The notes: a model not told the origin generated them from the sequence alone. A DNA stretch of 32,000 bases from Bifidobacterium longum subsp. longum JCM 1217 (GCF_000196555.1 NC_015067.1:750001-782000), one strand, 5' to 3'. Numbered from the stretch's first letter, positions 10,047-19,025 are shown. A program made the numbers and translations.

Positions 10047-10609
10047 CCATCGATATCGCCGCCAAGGCCAAGGCCCTTGTCGATACCGTGCTTGCCGAGC
10101 CCGCCAACGATCATGACATCGACCTGGTGCAGCGTCAGCTCGGCCGATACCCGCGCGGCATGGTCGCCGTGGGGGCGCGATGCGTCTGCGGTAGGCCACT
10201 TGCCGTAATCACCCGTCCGGTGTTGCCCGGCGGAATCCCTTTCCCCACCACGTGCTATCTGACCGGTCCGGAAGCCGTCAAGGCCGCCTCCCATGTCGAG
10301 GCCGCCGGCGTGATGCAGCAATACAACGACATGTTGGCCTCGGACGAGGAGCTCAAGGCCGCATATGAGCAGGCCCATAACCTGTATCTGGCATTCCGCC
10401 ACGAACTGGCAGGACGTCTTGGCGACAGTGAGGAGCATATTGAAGGCACTTCGGCCGGCGGCATGCCGGTGCGCGTCAAGTGCCTGCATGCCCTGCTGGC
10501 CCAATCCCTGGTTATGGGACCGGGCGTCAACCCCATTGGCGATTTGGTACTGGAACGCGTCAAAGACGAATTCGATCCGACCGTCTGCCGCTGCACGCTG
10601 GACGATTGA
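10043..10609 (+). CDS. DUF501 domain protein
   Basis: GTG start overlaps the ftsB stop (GTGA). It occupies the conserved actinobacterial position between ftsB and ppx. Sequence includes PTTCYLTGP and VKCLHALLA. The family name is assigned from synteny and pattern memory. Confidence 0.7.
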   Translation: MTIDIAAKAKALVDTVLAEPANDHDIDLVQRQLGRYPRGMVAVGARCVCGRPLAVITRPVLPGGIPFPTTCYLTGPEAVKAASHVEAAGVMQQYNDMLASDEELKAAYEQAHNLYLAFRHELAGRLGDSEEHIEGTSAGGMPVRVKCLHALLAQSLVMGPGVNPIGDLVLERVKDEFDPTVCRCTLDD

Positions 10610-10671
10610 TCAACAGATGAGCCAGCGCGAACAGTCCATTCATACGCACTAAGGGATACGAGGAGAAGGCA

Positions 10672-11673
10672 ATGAGCAAGGAATCCGTAACCGTCGCCGG
10701 CATTGATTGCGGCACGAACTCCATTCGACTGAAAATCGCACGTGTCGATGCCGATGGCATGCATGAGGTGGTGCCGCGCATCCTGCGTGTGATCCGTCTC
10801 GGCCAGGATGTGGACAAGACCCATCGTTTTGCCGACGAAGCGTTGGAACGCGCCTATGTGGCCGCTCGGGAATTCGCCGGTGTGATTGCCGAACATCCCA
10901 TCGACGGCCTGCGTTTCGTTGCCACCTCTGCAACTCGTGACGCGGAAAACCGTGAGGAGTTCGAGGATGAGATCGAACGTATCCTCGGCGTGCGCCCCGA
11001 AGTCATTCCCGGCACCGAAGAAGCCGACCTGAGCTTCCTTGGTGCCACTTCCGTGGTCAATCGCGACGATCTGCCCGCCCCCTATCTGGTGGTTGATCTC
11101 GGCGGCGGGTCCACCGAGCTGGTCATCGGTGGCGACGGCGTCAGTGCGCCCACTACCCAGGTTCAGGGCGCGTTTTCCATGAACATCGGTTCCGTGCGCA
11201 TGACCGAACGTCATCTGACCAATGATCCGCCGACCCAGACACAGATCGATGAGGCCGTTGCGGACGTCGATGAACATATCGATGAGGCCTTCCGCACCGT
11301 GGACGCAGGCAAGGCCCGTACCATCATTGGCGTGTCCGGCACGGTGACCACGATGACCGCCTTGGCCATGGGATTGAAGGAATACGACCACACCGTGGTC
11401 GACGGGCATCGGTTGAGCCTTGAAGACGCCTATGCCGTGGACGACAAGTTCCTTAGGATGACGCGCGCCGAGCGCCGCGAATACAAGACCATCCACCCCG
11501 GCCGTATCGATGTGGTCGGCGGCGGCGCTGTGGTCTGGAGCCGTGTGCTGGCGCGTGTCAGCGAAGCCGCCAAGGCCGATCATGGTGAAGCCATCGATTC
11601 GTTCGTTGCCAGCGAACACGGTCTGCTGGACGGCATTGTGCTCGATTATGGTCGCCGGTTGCTGGCTCAATAG
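10672..11673 (+). CDS. ppx: Ppx/GppA family phosphatase (exopolyphosphatase-like)
   Basis: ASKHA-fold motifs AGIDCGTNSIRL, VATSATRDAEN, VVDLGGGSTEL, GVSGTVTT. GAGGAGAAGG RBS. Confidence 0.9.
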   Translation: MSKESVTVAGIDCGTNSIRLKIARVDADGMHEVVPRILRVIRLGQDVDKTHRFADEALERAYVAAREFAGVIAEHPIDGLRFVATSATRDAENREEFEDEIERILGVRPEVIPGTEEADLSFLGATSVVNRDDLPAPYLVVDLGGGSTELVIGGDGVSAPTTQVQGAFSMNIGSVRMTERHLTNDPPTQTQIDEAVADVDEHIDEAFRTVDAGKARTIIGVSGTVTTMTALAMGLKEYDHTVVDGHRLSLEDAYAVDDKFLRMTRAERREYKTIHPGRIDVVGGGAVVWSRVLARVSEAAKADHGEAIDSFVASEHGLLDGIVLDYGRRLLAQ

Positions 11674-11712
11674 CGTAAGTGGTAAGTGCCTCCAGCGGGC
11701 TGAGCCGTTAAG

Positions 11713-11735
11713 CAAACAGCCCGGTGGGCTGTTTG
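11713..11735 (+). terminator. Stem-loop after ppx
   Basis: CAAACAGCCC-ggt-GGGCTGTTTG, a 10-bp perfect stem. The T tract is weak. Confidence 0.45.
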
Positions 11736-11740
11736 TAGGC

Positions 11741-11781
11741 GAGGGGAGCGGCTATGCCGCGACGGCTGCACGAAGTGCAGC
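11741..11781 (+). repeat. Partial copy C of the two-hairpin repeat
   Basis: GAGGGGAGC, then a 17-nt insert, then CTGCAC-gaa-GTGCAG. It has the same right arm and the same GAA-loop hairpin architecture as copy A. Confidence 0.4.
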
Positions 11782-11815
11782 AACCCGCAAGCAATGCTCA
11801 GGGCAGGAGATAGCT

Positions 11816-11821
11816 TATAAT
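11816..11821 (+). promoter_or_regulatory. Candidate -10 box (TATAAT) for tRNA-Leu
   Basis: A perfect TATAAT ends 10 nt before tRNA position 1. No convincing -35. Confidence 0.4.
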
Positions 11822-11831
11822 AGAAAAGTTG

Positions 11832-11910
11832 GCCTCCGTGGCGAAATGGTATACGCAGTCGACTTAAAATCGATCGCTTCGGCTTGTGGGTTCGAGTCCC
11901 ACCGGAGGCA
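11832..11910 (+). tRNA. tRNA-Leu (anticodon UAA)
   Basis: Manual cloverleaf fold. Acceptor stem GCCTCCG/CGGAGGC; D arm GCG-aaatggtata-CGC; anticodon stem GTCGA/TCGAT with loop CTTAAAA (anticodon TAA). There is an 11-nt variable arm, T arm GTGGG-TTCGAGT-CCCAC and discriminator A. CCA is not encoded. Confidence 0.9.
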
Positions 11911-11960
11911 CCTTGAAATCGGCCTGTGGCCGATGCCGTTTTGCGGCTGTGCCGTGGTCT

Positions 11961-12006
11961 CTCCCCAGTCGGCTTCGCCGACAGCCCCCCTCGTCAGAGG
12001 GGGCTC
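11961..12006 (-). repeat. Two-hairpin interspersed repeat, copy B (inverted relative to copy A)
   Basis: The reverse complement reads GAGCCCCCTC-tgac-GAGGGGGGCT, then GTCGGC-gaa-GCCGAC, then TGGGGAG. It is collinear with copy A, and the second stem shows G/C-swapped compensatory pairs. Confidence 0.6.
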
Positions 12007-12101
12007 GCAGCTCACTATGTGGAGAGCTCATAAGGCCGAAACAAAAGGCCGTTAGGCTATGTGGCGTTGTGACGATGTACCTGATGAAACGAGGAATCCA
12101 C

Positions 12102-12671
12102 ATGGCTTCACGCTGGACCGATGTCGAACGAGTCGAACAAGGCGCCCTGCCCACCATGCTTGCCCAAGCCGTCATTGCGGGCACTGCACTCACCGTTGGT
12201 GCCATCGCCTGCTCGGGATTCTATCTGTCCATGATCGGCAATGTGGCCGCACTCCTGCCATGGGCGACTATCGTGATACTGATCGCCGTGGCGTTCACCT
12301 ACATCGTCGGCTTCGCCCTGTTGTGGTGTGCCGAAGCCCTGACCCTGCGTGCCAACGACAAACTCAAGCCATGGCTGTACGGCGTCGTCGGATTAATCGG
12401 CTACGGCGTGTGGGGCATGTTCGTGATGAGCGCGATGATGAACACGCTGAACCAGCCGCTGAACGGCGTGGTGTTGTCGAACGGCGATGTGATGGCCCTG
12501 ACCGTCAACTACGCGGTGTTCGGCTTCATCGCCTTCCTGTTGGCACAGGCGTACGCGCCCAAAATCGCCACCAAGAAGGGACTGACCATCGGGCTGATGG
12601 TGGTGCAGATCGTATTGGCCATCATCGGTATCATCGTACTGGTCATGATGTTCTCCGCACTGTCTCACTGA
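12102..12671 (+). CDS. Hypothetical polytopic membrane protein (about 6 TM)
   Basis: ATG 12102 is preceded by GAGGA at 6-nt spacing. The 189-aa product is strongly hydrophobic with repeated TM-length segments. The upstream track extension (from 11886) runs through the tRNA gene and is rejected. No family recognised. Confidence 0.65.
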   Translation: MASRWTDVERVEQGALPTMLAQAVIAGTALTVGAIACSGFYLSMIGNVAALLPWATIVILIAVAFTYIVGFALLWCAEALTLRANDKLKPWLYGVVGLIGYGVWGMFVMSAMMNTLNQPLNGVVLSNGDVMALTVNYAVFGFIAFLLAQAYAPKIATKKGLTIGLMVVQIVLAIIGIIVLVMMFSALSH

Positions 12672-12817
12672 CTGACTTATCGCTCGCCGGCACGACGCGC
12701 GCGGCCATCATCGCACAAGGCGAAAGCGATTCCGGGCGCTGGGCTGGGATACGATATCGTGATGGCATGACGCCTGGTAACACCGGCATGCCGAACCAGC
12801 AGGGGAGAAGGAGCCAA

Positions 12818-14278
12818 ATGTTCAGTGTGCTTGACATGTTCACCATCGGCGTCGGACCTTCATCCTCGCACACCGTAGGCCCGATGGTCGCGGCACATGC
12901 TTTCGCCTCCTCGTTGCAGGCCGACCATTTGGTCGATCGCACCGCACGTGTCAAAATCACGCTTTATGGTTCTCTGGCGCTGACCGGTCTCGGCCACGGC
13001 ACCGATCGTGCTACGATGGCCGGGCTCGAAGGCAATCTGCCGGCCACCGTGGATACCGACCACATGATGCACATCCGCGAGATCTGCGCGTTGGACGATA
13101 CTCTGAACCTCGCCGGCCTCAAACGCATCCATTTCGACTACGACCGTGACGTGGTGTTCGAACAATGGAAGCGCATGGCCGCGCACCCCAATGGCATGCG
13201 ATTCCAGGCGTTCGACGCCGCCGCAAGCTTGGTCGACGAACAGGTCTGGTATTCCATCGGCGGCGGATTCGTGCGCAAAGGCGCTCCCGAAGACCCGATG
13301 ATCGGCATTCATGAACGCCCTCCGGAAGGCGCCTCCTTTGCCGATGCGGACGAGTCATCATCCACTGATTTCGGCGTCGAGGCACCCTACCCGTTCTCAT
13401 CATGCACTGAACTGGTGTCGTTATGCCGGGAACATCATCTCAGCATCGCCGAACTTGTATGGGCCAACGAAACCGCTTCACGCTCGGGCATCCAGGTCCG
13501 ATCCGATATTGATGCCATCTGGCGTGTTATGCGCGCCTGTGTGGACCACGGATGCACCTCGGCGGAACCCACATTGCCCGGTGGCCTTGACGTACCCCGC
13601 CGCGCGCCGAAAATGTATCGGCGTCTCGCCTCGAATTCCGATGTGCTGCGCCGCGACAGCCGGCGCAAAGACGCCGTGCTCGAGTCTTCCGACGCCGCAT
13701 GGGTGGATCTCTTCGCCTTGGCCGTCTCTGAGGAGAATGCCGGAGGCGGGCGCATCGTAACCGCTCCGACCAACGGTTCCGCCGGCATCATTCCCGCCGT
13801 GCTTCACTATTACTGGCATTTCGTGGACAACGCCAATGAACAGGGCGTGGTCACGTTTCTGCTGACTGCCGGTGCCATCGGATACCTGTTCAAACGCAAC
13901 GCCTCAATTTCCGGTGCGGAAGTCGGTTGCCAGGGCGAAGTCGGCTCGGCCTGTTCGATGGCGGCGGCCGGACTTGCCGCAGTCGTGGGCGGCACGCCGG
14001 AACAGGTGGAGAATGCTGCTGAGATCGGCATCGAACACAACTTGGGTCTGACTTGCGATCCGGTGGGCGGATTGGTGCAGATTCCATGCATCGAGCGCAA
14101 TGCCATGGCCGCCAACACCGCCATCAACGCCGTGCGTATGGCCATGCTCGGCGACGGCTCACACATCGTGACCCTTGATCAGGCCATCGAAACCATGAAG
14201 CAGACCGGTGAAGACATGATGGCCAAATACAAGGAGACCTCCAAGGGCGGGCTTGCCGTCAATGTCGTCGAATGCTGA
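12818..14278 (+). CDS. sdaA: L-serine ammonia-lyase (iron-sulfur dependent L-serine dehydratase, single chain)
   Basis: [24 protein letters not shown]-terminus, [20 protein letters not shown] and [13 protein letters not shown] motifs. GGAGAAGGAG RBS before ATG 12818. The upstream 253 codons of the track ORF are out-of-frame overlap with the membrane protein gene. Confidence 0.93.
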   Translation: MFSVLDMFTIGVGPSSSHTVGPMVAAHAFASSLQADHLVDRTARVKITLYGSLALTGLGHGTDRATMAGLEGNLPATVDTDHMMHIREICALDDTLNLAGLKRIHFDYDRDVVFEQWKRMAAHPNGMRFQAFDAAASLVDEQVWYSIGGGFVRKGAPEDPMIGIHERPPEGASFADADESSSTDFGVEAPYPFSSCTELVSLCREHHLSIAELVWANETASRSGIQVRSDIDAIWRVMRACVDHGCTSAEPTLPGGLDVPRRAPKMYRRLASNSDVLRRDSRRKDAVLESSDAAWVDLFALAVSEENAGGGRIVTAPTNGSAGIIPAVLHYYWHFVDNANEQGVVTFLLTAGAIGYLFKRNASISGAEVGCQGEVGSACSMAAAGLAAVVGGTPEQVENAAEIGIEHNLGLTCDPVGGLVQIPCIERNAMAANTAINAVRMAMLGDGSHIVTLDQAIETMKQTGEDMMAKYKETSKGGLAVNVVEC

Positions 14279-14419
14279 TTGACATGTCCGGTATTCACCA
14301 GCATGATGACCGGAATTGACGTATACGGCCAGCGTGTCGTATCGCACAGGGATGAAGGACTACCGCCGATTCGCCGATGGTGCTAAGGTAGGGCGCATTG
14401 TGTCTTTGAAGGAGGACTA

Positions 14420-14827
14420 ATGACAGATCAGATGCCTCAGGTGAACGCCGAATTCGGCACCACGCCCGTTATCGAGTTCCCGACGCCCGAAGCCCCGAAG
14501 GGCCTCAAGGTTGTGGAGCTGACCGAGGGAGACGGCCCGATCGTGCGTCGCGGCGACACCGTCACCGTGAACTACCACGGCGTGGTGTGGGGTAAGGACA
14601 CCCCATTCGACTCCAGCTTCGACCGTCATCAGCCCGCCAGCTTCGGCATCGGCGTGGGACAGGTCATCAAGGGCTGGGACCAGACTGTGCCGGGCCATAA
14701 CGTGGGTTCGCGTCTGGTGGTTTCCATTCCGCCGGAATACGGCTACGGTTCCCGCGGCATCCCGCAGGCCGGCATCGGCGGCGAGGACACGCTGGTGTTC
14801 GTCATCGACATCATTTCCACCCGCTGA
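14420..14827 (+). CDS. FKBP-type peptidyl-prolyl cis-trans isomerase
   Basis: VNYHGVVW...FDSSFDR..PASFGIGVGQVIKGWDQ...LVFVIDII, a canonical FKBP domain. GAAGGAGG RBS. Confidence 0.93.
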   Translation: MTDQMPQVNAEFGTTPVIEFPTPEAPKGLKVVELTEGDGPIVRRGDTVTVNYHGVVWGKDTPFDSSFDRHQPASFGIGVGQVIKGWDQTVPGHNVGSRLVVSIPPEYGYGSRGIPQAGIGGEDTLVFVIDIISTR

Positions 14828-14847
14828 CCATAGGTCAGCACATGACG

Positions 14848-14874
14848 AACGCCGGGGTCATAGCCGGCGTTTTG
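14848..14874 (+). terminator. Intrinsic terminator after the FKBP gene
   Basis: AACGCCGG-ggtcatag-CCGGCGTT followed by a T run (TTTTG). Confidence 0.6.
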
Positions 14875-14925
14875 TCATAAATAACGAAGATTGTTTCAGC
14901 ATCGACAACGGTTCAGGAGGACGAT

Positions 14926-15405
14926 ATGGCTGAGGACAAGGTCTACCTGCTGACGCAGGAAGCATACAACAAGATGAAGGAAGAGCTCGCCCATCGTGAA
15001 GGTGAGCTGCGTGAGGAAATCGCGCACAAGATCGCCGTGGCGCGTGCCGAGGGCGACTTGTCCGAGAACGGCGGCTACCAGGCCGCCCGTGAGGCGCAGA
15101 GCAAGAACGAGGGCCGCATCACCGAGCTCACCGTCAAGCTGCGCGATTCCAAGATCATCGAGAATGCTCCGGAAGGCACCGTGGGCGAGGGCTCTGTGGT
15201 GACCATCGAGCTCAACGGCAACGAGATGACCTACGTGCTCGGCAGCCGTGACATCGTGGCCGGCACCGACTACGACATCATGACCCCGGATTCCCCGATT
15301 GGCAAGGCCATCGAGGGCGCCAAGGTGGGCGACGTCGTTTCCTACACCGCACCGAACGGCCGCGAGCTGTCCGTGACGGTCAAGGCCGCCAAGCCGCTGG
15401 CCTGA
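14926..15405 (+). CDS. greA: Transcription elongation factor GreA
   Basis: Coiled-coil N-terminus with GDLSENGGYQAAREAQ and a C-terminal globular domain with SPIGKAIEGAKVGD. AGGAGG RBS. Confidence 0.95.
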   Translation: MAEDKVYLLTQEAYNKMKEELAHREGELREEIAHKIAVARAEGDLSENGGYQAAREAQSKNEGRITELTVKLRDSKIIENAPEGTVGEGSVVTIELNGNEMTYVLGSRDIVAGTDYDIMTPDSPIGKAIEGAKVGDVVSYTAPNGRELSVTVKAAKPLA

Positions 15406-15417
15406 GTTAAGTGACTG

Positions 15418-15443
15418 GTATGCCCCCGTAGGCGGGGGCATAC
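15418..15443. terminator. Bidirectional stem-loop between convergent greA and the hemolysin-III gene
   Basis: GTATGCCCCCG-tagg-CGGGGGCATAC, an 11-bp perfect stem. Confidence 0.6.
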
Positions 15444-15459
15444 TTATATGTCGTAGCGC

Positions 15460-16404
15460 TTATTGCCACAGCGAGACGATCACCATGTAGATGGCCACCA
15501 TATGGCAGGCATATCCGGCCACCGTTCCGCAGTGGAAAATCTCATGGAATCCGAAGACGCGAGGCCAAGGGTCGGGCTTGCGCAAGGCGTAGACGATGGC
15601 GCCGAGGATGTAGCAGGCACCGCCGGCGCACAGCAGCACCACCACGGCTGGCCCCGCATACGGCGAATTCCAGAACATCACCATATAAGCCAGGCCGTAG
15701 ATGCCGAAGATGATGTACACCACCGTATACAGCCAGCGTGGTGCATTGATCCAGATCACATGAATCACGATGGCGATGGCCGTGCACGCCCACATCGATA
15801 TGATGATCACATTGCGCCAGAATGGTTCCAGCGCAAACGAAACCGGGGTATACGTGCCAGCAATGAGCAGGAAGATGTTGACATGATCGATACGCCGCAG
15901 CACATCGGTGACGCGCGGGCTCCAATCGCCCAGATGGTAGCAGGCCGAATTGGTGAACAGAATCAGCGACGCTGTCATGAACACGGCACACGCCCACTTC
16001 AGACTCGCGCCATGTGCCAAGCATATAAGCACGATGCCTGCCGCCAATGACAGGGGAGCGGCAATCGCGTGAATCCAGCCGCGCATCAACGGCTTTGGCC
16101 GTCCGTGCACGTCGAGACGAATCTTGCGTTCCACTTCCGCAGGGGCAATGCCCTCGATTTTCAGTGCACGGTTCTCCGCTTTGGCGAGCTTGTGCCGGGC
16201 CTTCTCCTCGGCTTTGGCTCGAATGGCCTCGGCCTTGAACTGGGCCTTGGCCCGTACGGCATCAGCCTTGGCCTGCAACGCCTGTTCGCGCGCCTCGATA
16301 GCCGCCTGACGCTTGGATGCGATGGTGGCATCCTCTGCAATCGTCGCGCTGTTATGAGCGTCGTGATGCATCGTCTTTTCCGAGTCGCCGGTTGTTGATG
16401 CCAT
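15460..16404 (-). CDS. Hemolysin III / PAQR family membrane protein with a long N-terminal Ala/Lys-rich extension
   Basis: The C-terminal 220 aa show the 7-TM PAQR pattern (RGWIHAIAAP, YHLGDWS, DHVNIFLLIAGTYTP, HEIFHCGTV). The first ~95 aa are a charged Ala/Lys/Glu helix. Confidence 0.88.
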   Translation of the reverse strand: MASTTGDSEKTMHHDAHNSATIAEDATIASKRQAAIEAREQALQAKADAVRAKAQFKAEAIRAKAEEKARHKLAKAENRALKIEGIAPAEVERKIRLDVHGRPKPLMRGWIHAIAAPLSLAAGIVLICLAHGASLKWACAVFMTASLILFTNSACYHLGDWSPRVTDVLRRIDHVNIFLLIAGTYTPVSFALEPFWRNVIIISMWACTAIAIVIHVIWINAPRWLYTVVYIIFGIYGLAYMVMFWNSPYAGPAVVVLLCAGGACYILGAIVYALRKPDPWPRVFGFHEIFHCGTVAGYACHMVAIYMVIVSLWQ

Positions 16405-16529
16405 GGTGATGCCCCCGTTTCACGAGCTGACGATACGCTTCTTACGCTGCCGTAACGCTACGTTAGCGTAACTTTTATGCTTGTCAATACCGACTCGCAC
16501 GAACACTATCACCCAATGGCGGCGATACT

Positions 16530-17303
16530 ATGGAATCCGAAGATGAGAACGTCGCAGCAATAAAGGGCTCGGCGATGGTGTATTGCACGGAGTGTGGGTT
16601 TGCCAACGAGCAAGGAAATGCCTTCTGTTCGCAGTGCGGAAGCCCATTGGAGCAGCCCGAGGCCAATCCGGCGGCCCCTGCTTCTCCTGAACCTCCCGCC
16701 GGGCGTCCTGGCGTCGATCACACCAAAGCGGTGGTGATTGTGCTCATCGCGCTGATTTGTGTCGTGGCGTTAGTCATCGGCTTGTTCATCACCCATAGCA
16801 TGGGATTGTGGGGAGCTCAGCCGCAGGCGCAAACATCGGCACAGTCGACCGGGGCCGATGCGTCGGATTCCGCCGATGATGGCACGACGGATTCTTCTGA
16901 CGCCAAGTCCAAGGCCAAGAAGAACACGTCTGATAGCGCCAAAGACAAGAACAGCGACGATTCGTCCAAGAAAAGCTCGACGGAGAAGTCGAAGCCTTCC
17001 ACTCCGGTGATCACATCCAGCCAGTTGTCTGACATCGCGGATTCATACTCGTCCTCCGATGTGGCCGTCTCCGCCATGGTCATCGATGGAACATCCGCCG
17101 ACTCCTCAGAGGACGCCACCATCGCGACCACGTCGCAGTCCGGCAAGCAATTCGTGGCTGCCGATTTCTATCTGCCGGTCTATCTTGCGGCCCAGGACAA
17201 TGGCGATGACAACGCCAAAGCGCAGGCAAACGCGATGATGGGTTCCATGGACACAGCAATGCCGGCAATATGGTGGCGGCTTCGGATATCAAACTGTACG
17301 TGA
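16530..17303 (+). CDS. Zinc-ribbon domain membrane protein with Ser/Asp/Lys-rich linker; 3' end possibly frameshifted
   Basis: N-terminal double CxxC zinc ribbon (CTECGFANEQGNAFCSQCG), one TM (VVIVLIALICVVALVIGLFI), a low-complexity linker, then a short extracytoplasmic segment. An alternative start exists at ATG 16575. See the finding on the +2 frame continuation at 17270-17458. Confidence 0.65.
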   Translation: MESEDENVAAIKGSAMVYCTECGFANEQGNAFCSQCGSPLEQPEANPAAPASPEPPAGRPGVDHTKAVVIVLIALICVVALVIGLFITHSMGLWGAQPQAQTSAQSTGADASDSADDGTTDSSDAKSKAKKNTSDSAKDKNSDDSSKKSSTEKSKPSTPVITSSQLSDIADSYSSSDVAVSAMVIDGTSADSSEDATIATTSQSGKQFVAADFYLPVYLAAQDNGDDNAKAQANAMMGSMDTAMPAIWWRLRISNCT

Positions 17304-17465
17304 TGCTTGCCGTGTACGATAAGCAACATGCCGGCACCTTGGCCACGGGCGGGAAGCCGTGCAACGCGATTGGCGCGGTATTGAAGATGCGATGTCGTCA
17401 TAGTCGTCGTACTTGCCCGTGTGGCTTGCCGCGACGGCGGCGGTGCGTCTGCGTATGATAGGGAT

Positions 17466-18953
17466 ATGGCTGATTTTTCACATATCCTTGCAACGCGCCC
17501 CGACTTCGACGACGAGGACCGCGAGTGGCTGCATCATCTTGTCGCCGATTGGCAGGTGATCGCCGATTTGAGCTTTGCCGATCTGCTGCTGCTGGTACAG
17601 GATGGCGATGGCAAATACGTGGTGGCCGAGCAATGCCGTCCATCCACCGTTATGACGCTGCGGGCGGAAGACGTGGTGGGAAACGTCATGCCGGACGACA
17701 TGGTCGGCGAATTGGACGCCGCCATGCTCTCCAGCGTGGTGTTCCGCTCCACGGTATTGAGAACCGTGGGCAAGGCGACCGTCTGCAACGTGTACGCGCC
17801 GGTTCGGCACAATGGCAAGACCTTGGGCTTGGTCGTGCGTGAGACCAATATGGCCACACGAGAATCCAACGGCCGATATGAGTCGGAAAGCATCAACGCC
17901 GGCAAGCATCTGTACGAGATGATTCCGCGAGGCCAATTCCCCTACAAGGATTCGGTGATGAGCCAACGCCATATCGCTCGCGTGGCGGACGGCTTCATCA
18001 TCCTGACCATGGACGGCGTGGTTCGATACGCAGCCCCGAACGCCATCAGCTGCTTTAGGCGTCTCGGTCTGCTGACCACCATGCCTGGCCATTACCTCAG
18101 CGAACTCGGCACACAGCTATTGAAGGAGAACGACCCTGTTCCGGAAACCCTGCCGTTGGTGTTGACAGGCAAAGCCGCGGTCGACTCCGAACTCAACGCC
18201 AACCGTTCCGCCGTCTCGATGCGCTCGTTGCCCTTGTATGACAACAACGGCCGTATCGGAGCGATTCTGCTATGCCGTGACGTCACCGAGCTGCGCCGTC
18301 GTGAGCAGGAGCTGCAGACCAAGGACGCTACGATTTCCGAGATTCACCATCGTGTCAAGAACAACCTGCAGGCCGTCTCCGCATTGCTGAGGCTTCAGGC
18401 TCGTAAGACCAAGTCGGATGAGGTCAAGAAGGAATTGCAGGAGGCGCAACGCCGCGTGCAGACCATTGCCATGGTGCATGAGGGATTGAGCCAGACCGCC
18501 GACGAGGTCGTCGACTTCGACAAGGTGATCGCCAACCTGCTGCGCATGGCCGTGGACCTAGCCACGATGAAAGACCAGCACATCGATATCAACTACATGG
18601 GCAAGTTCGGCATGATGCCCGCTCAGGATGCCACGCCGCTGTCCCTCGTGCTGACCGAGCTCATCACCAATTCGGTGGAGCATGGGTTCGAAGGCCGCAA
18701 GGATGGCCATATCACGATTTCCGTGGGCCGCTCCGGCCCGAACCTCAATGTGGTGGTCGAGGATGACGGTTCCGGTCTCGGCTCCGAAGAACAGGGTGGA
18801 TTGGCTCGTTCTTCCGGTTCCGGTTTGGGCACGCAGATCATCAACACCTTTGTGACCAATGATTTCGGTGGTTCCGTGCATTGGGAGCCGCGCCGCGAAG
18901 GCGGCACCCGCGTGGTGCTTGATATGAAGCTCAGGGCTGCTCAGGACGAGTGA
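17466..18953 (+). CDS. Cytoplasmic sensor histidine kinase, PdtaS-like (GAF/PAS sensor, HisKA_2-type H-box, HATPase)
   Basis: H-box ISEIHHRVKNNLQAVSALLRLQ, N-box LTELITNSVEHGF, G-boxes DDGSGL and GSGLGTQI. No TM segments. It lies convergent to a whiB1-like gene, as pdtaS does in mycobacteria. Confidence 0.85.
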   Translation: MADFSHILATRPDFDDEDREWLHHLVADWQVIADLSFADLLLLVQDGDGKYVVAEQCRPSTVMTLRAEDVVGNVMPDDMVGELDAAMLSSVVFRSTVLRTVGKATVCNVYAPVRHNGKTLGLVVRETNMATRESNGRYESESINAGKHLYEMIPRGQFPYKDSVMSQRHIARVADGFIILTMDGVVRYAAPNAISCFRRLGLLTTMPGHYLSELGTQLLKENDPVPETLPLVLTGKAAVDSELNANRSAVSMRSLPLYDNNGRIGAILLCRDVTELRRREQELQTKDATISEIHHRVKNNLQAVSALLRLQARKTKSDEVKKELQEAQRRVQTIAMVHEGLSQTADEVVDFDKVIANLLRMAVDLATMKDQHIDINYMGKFGMMPAQDATPLSLVLTELITNSVEHGFEGRKDGHITISVGRSGPNLNVVVEDDGSGLGSEEQGGLARSSGSGLGTQIINTFVTNDFGGSVHWEPRREGGTRVVLDMKLRAAQDE

Positions 18954-18970
18954 TGCGAAGCCCGAAATGA

Positions 18971-18998
18971 GGAAACCCTCCCAAGCGGGAGGGTTTCC
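18971..18998. terminator. Bidirectional terminator between the kinase gene and whiB1
   Basis: GGAAACCCTCCC-aagc-GGGAGGGTTTCC, a 12-bp perfect stem. Confidence 0.7.
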
Positions 18999-19025
18999 TA
19001 GTATGACGAAGCGATAATCAAAACA

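Noticed and set aside
10255-11715. 486-aa ORF on the minus strand
   Set aside because: It is antisense to DUF501 and ppx, both supported by motifs and RBS. The composition is artefact-like.
11886-12101. 5' extension of the membrane-protein ORF
   Set aside because: It would be translated through the 3' end of tRNA-Leu and the interspersed repeat. An internal ATG at 12102 has a proper RBS.
12059-12817. 5' extension making the serine dehydratase ORF 739 aa
   Set aside because: The extension is Arg/His-rich and overlaps the hydrophobic membrane-protein gene in another frame. The canonical SdaA N-terminus [18 protein letters not shown] starts at 12818 behind a strong RBS.
11832-14278. tRNA-Leu as the attachment site of a genomic island
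   Set aside because: There is no integrase, no direct repeat of the tRNA 3' end, and no compositional shift. The downstream genes (membrane protein, sdaA) look like ordinary chromosome.
14279-14419. TTGACA...CATGAT and TTGACG...TATCGC promoter-like pairs and a weak TCCGGT/ACCGGA hairpin upstream of the FKBP gene
   Set aside because: The hexamers are plausible but degenerate and there are several alternatives. The hairpin has a 17-nt loop. This is not enough to support a feature call.
16455-16469. ACGCTA-cgt-TAGCGT inverted repeat between the hemolysin-III and zinc-ribbon genes; it shares the octamer TAACGCTA with the eno upstream region
   Set aside because: The arms are only 6 bp, and the shared octamer could be chance in 32 kb. 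This is too weak to call a site without conservation data.
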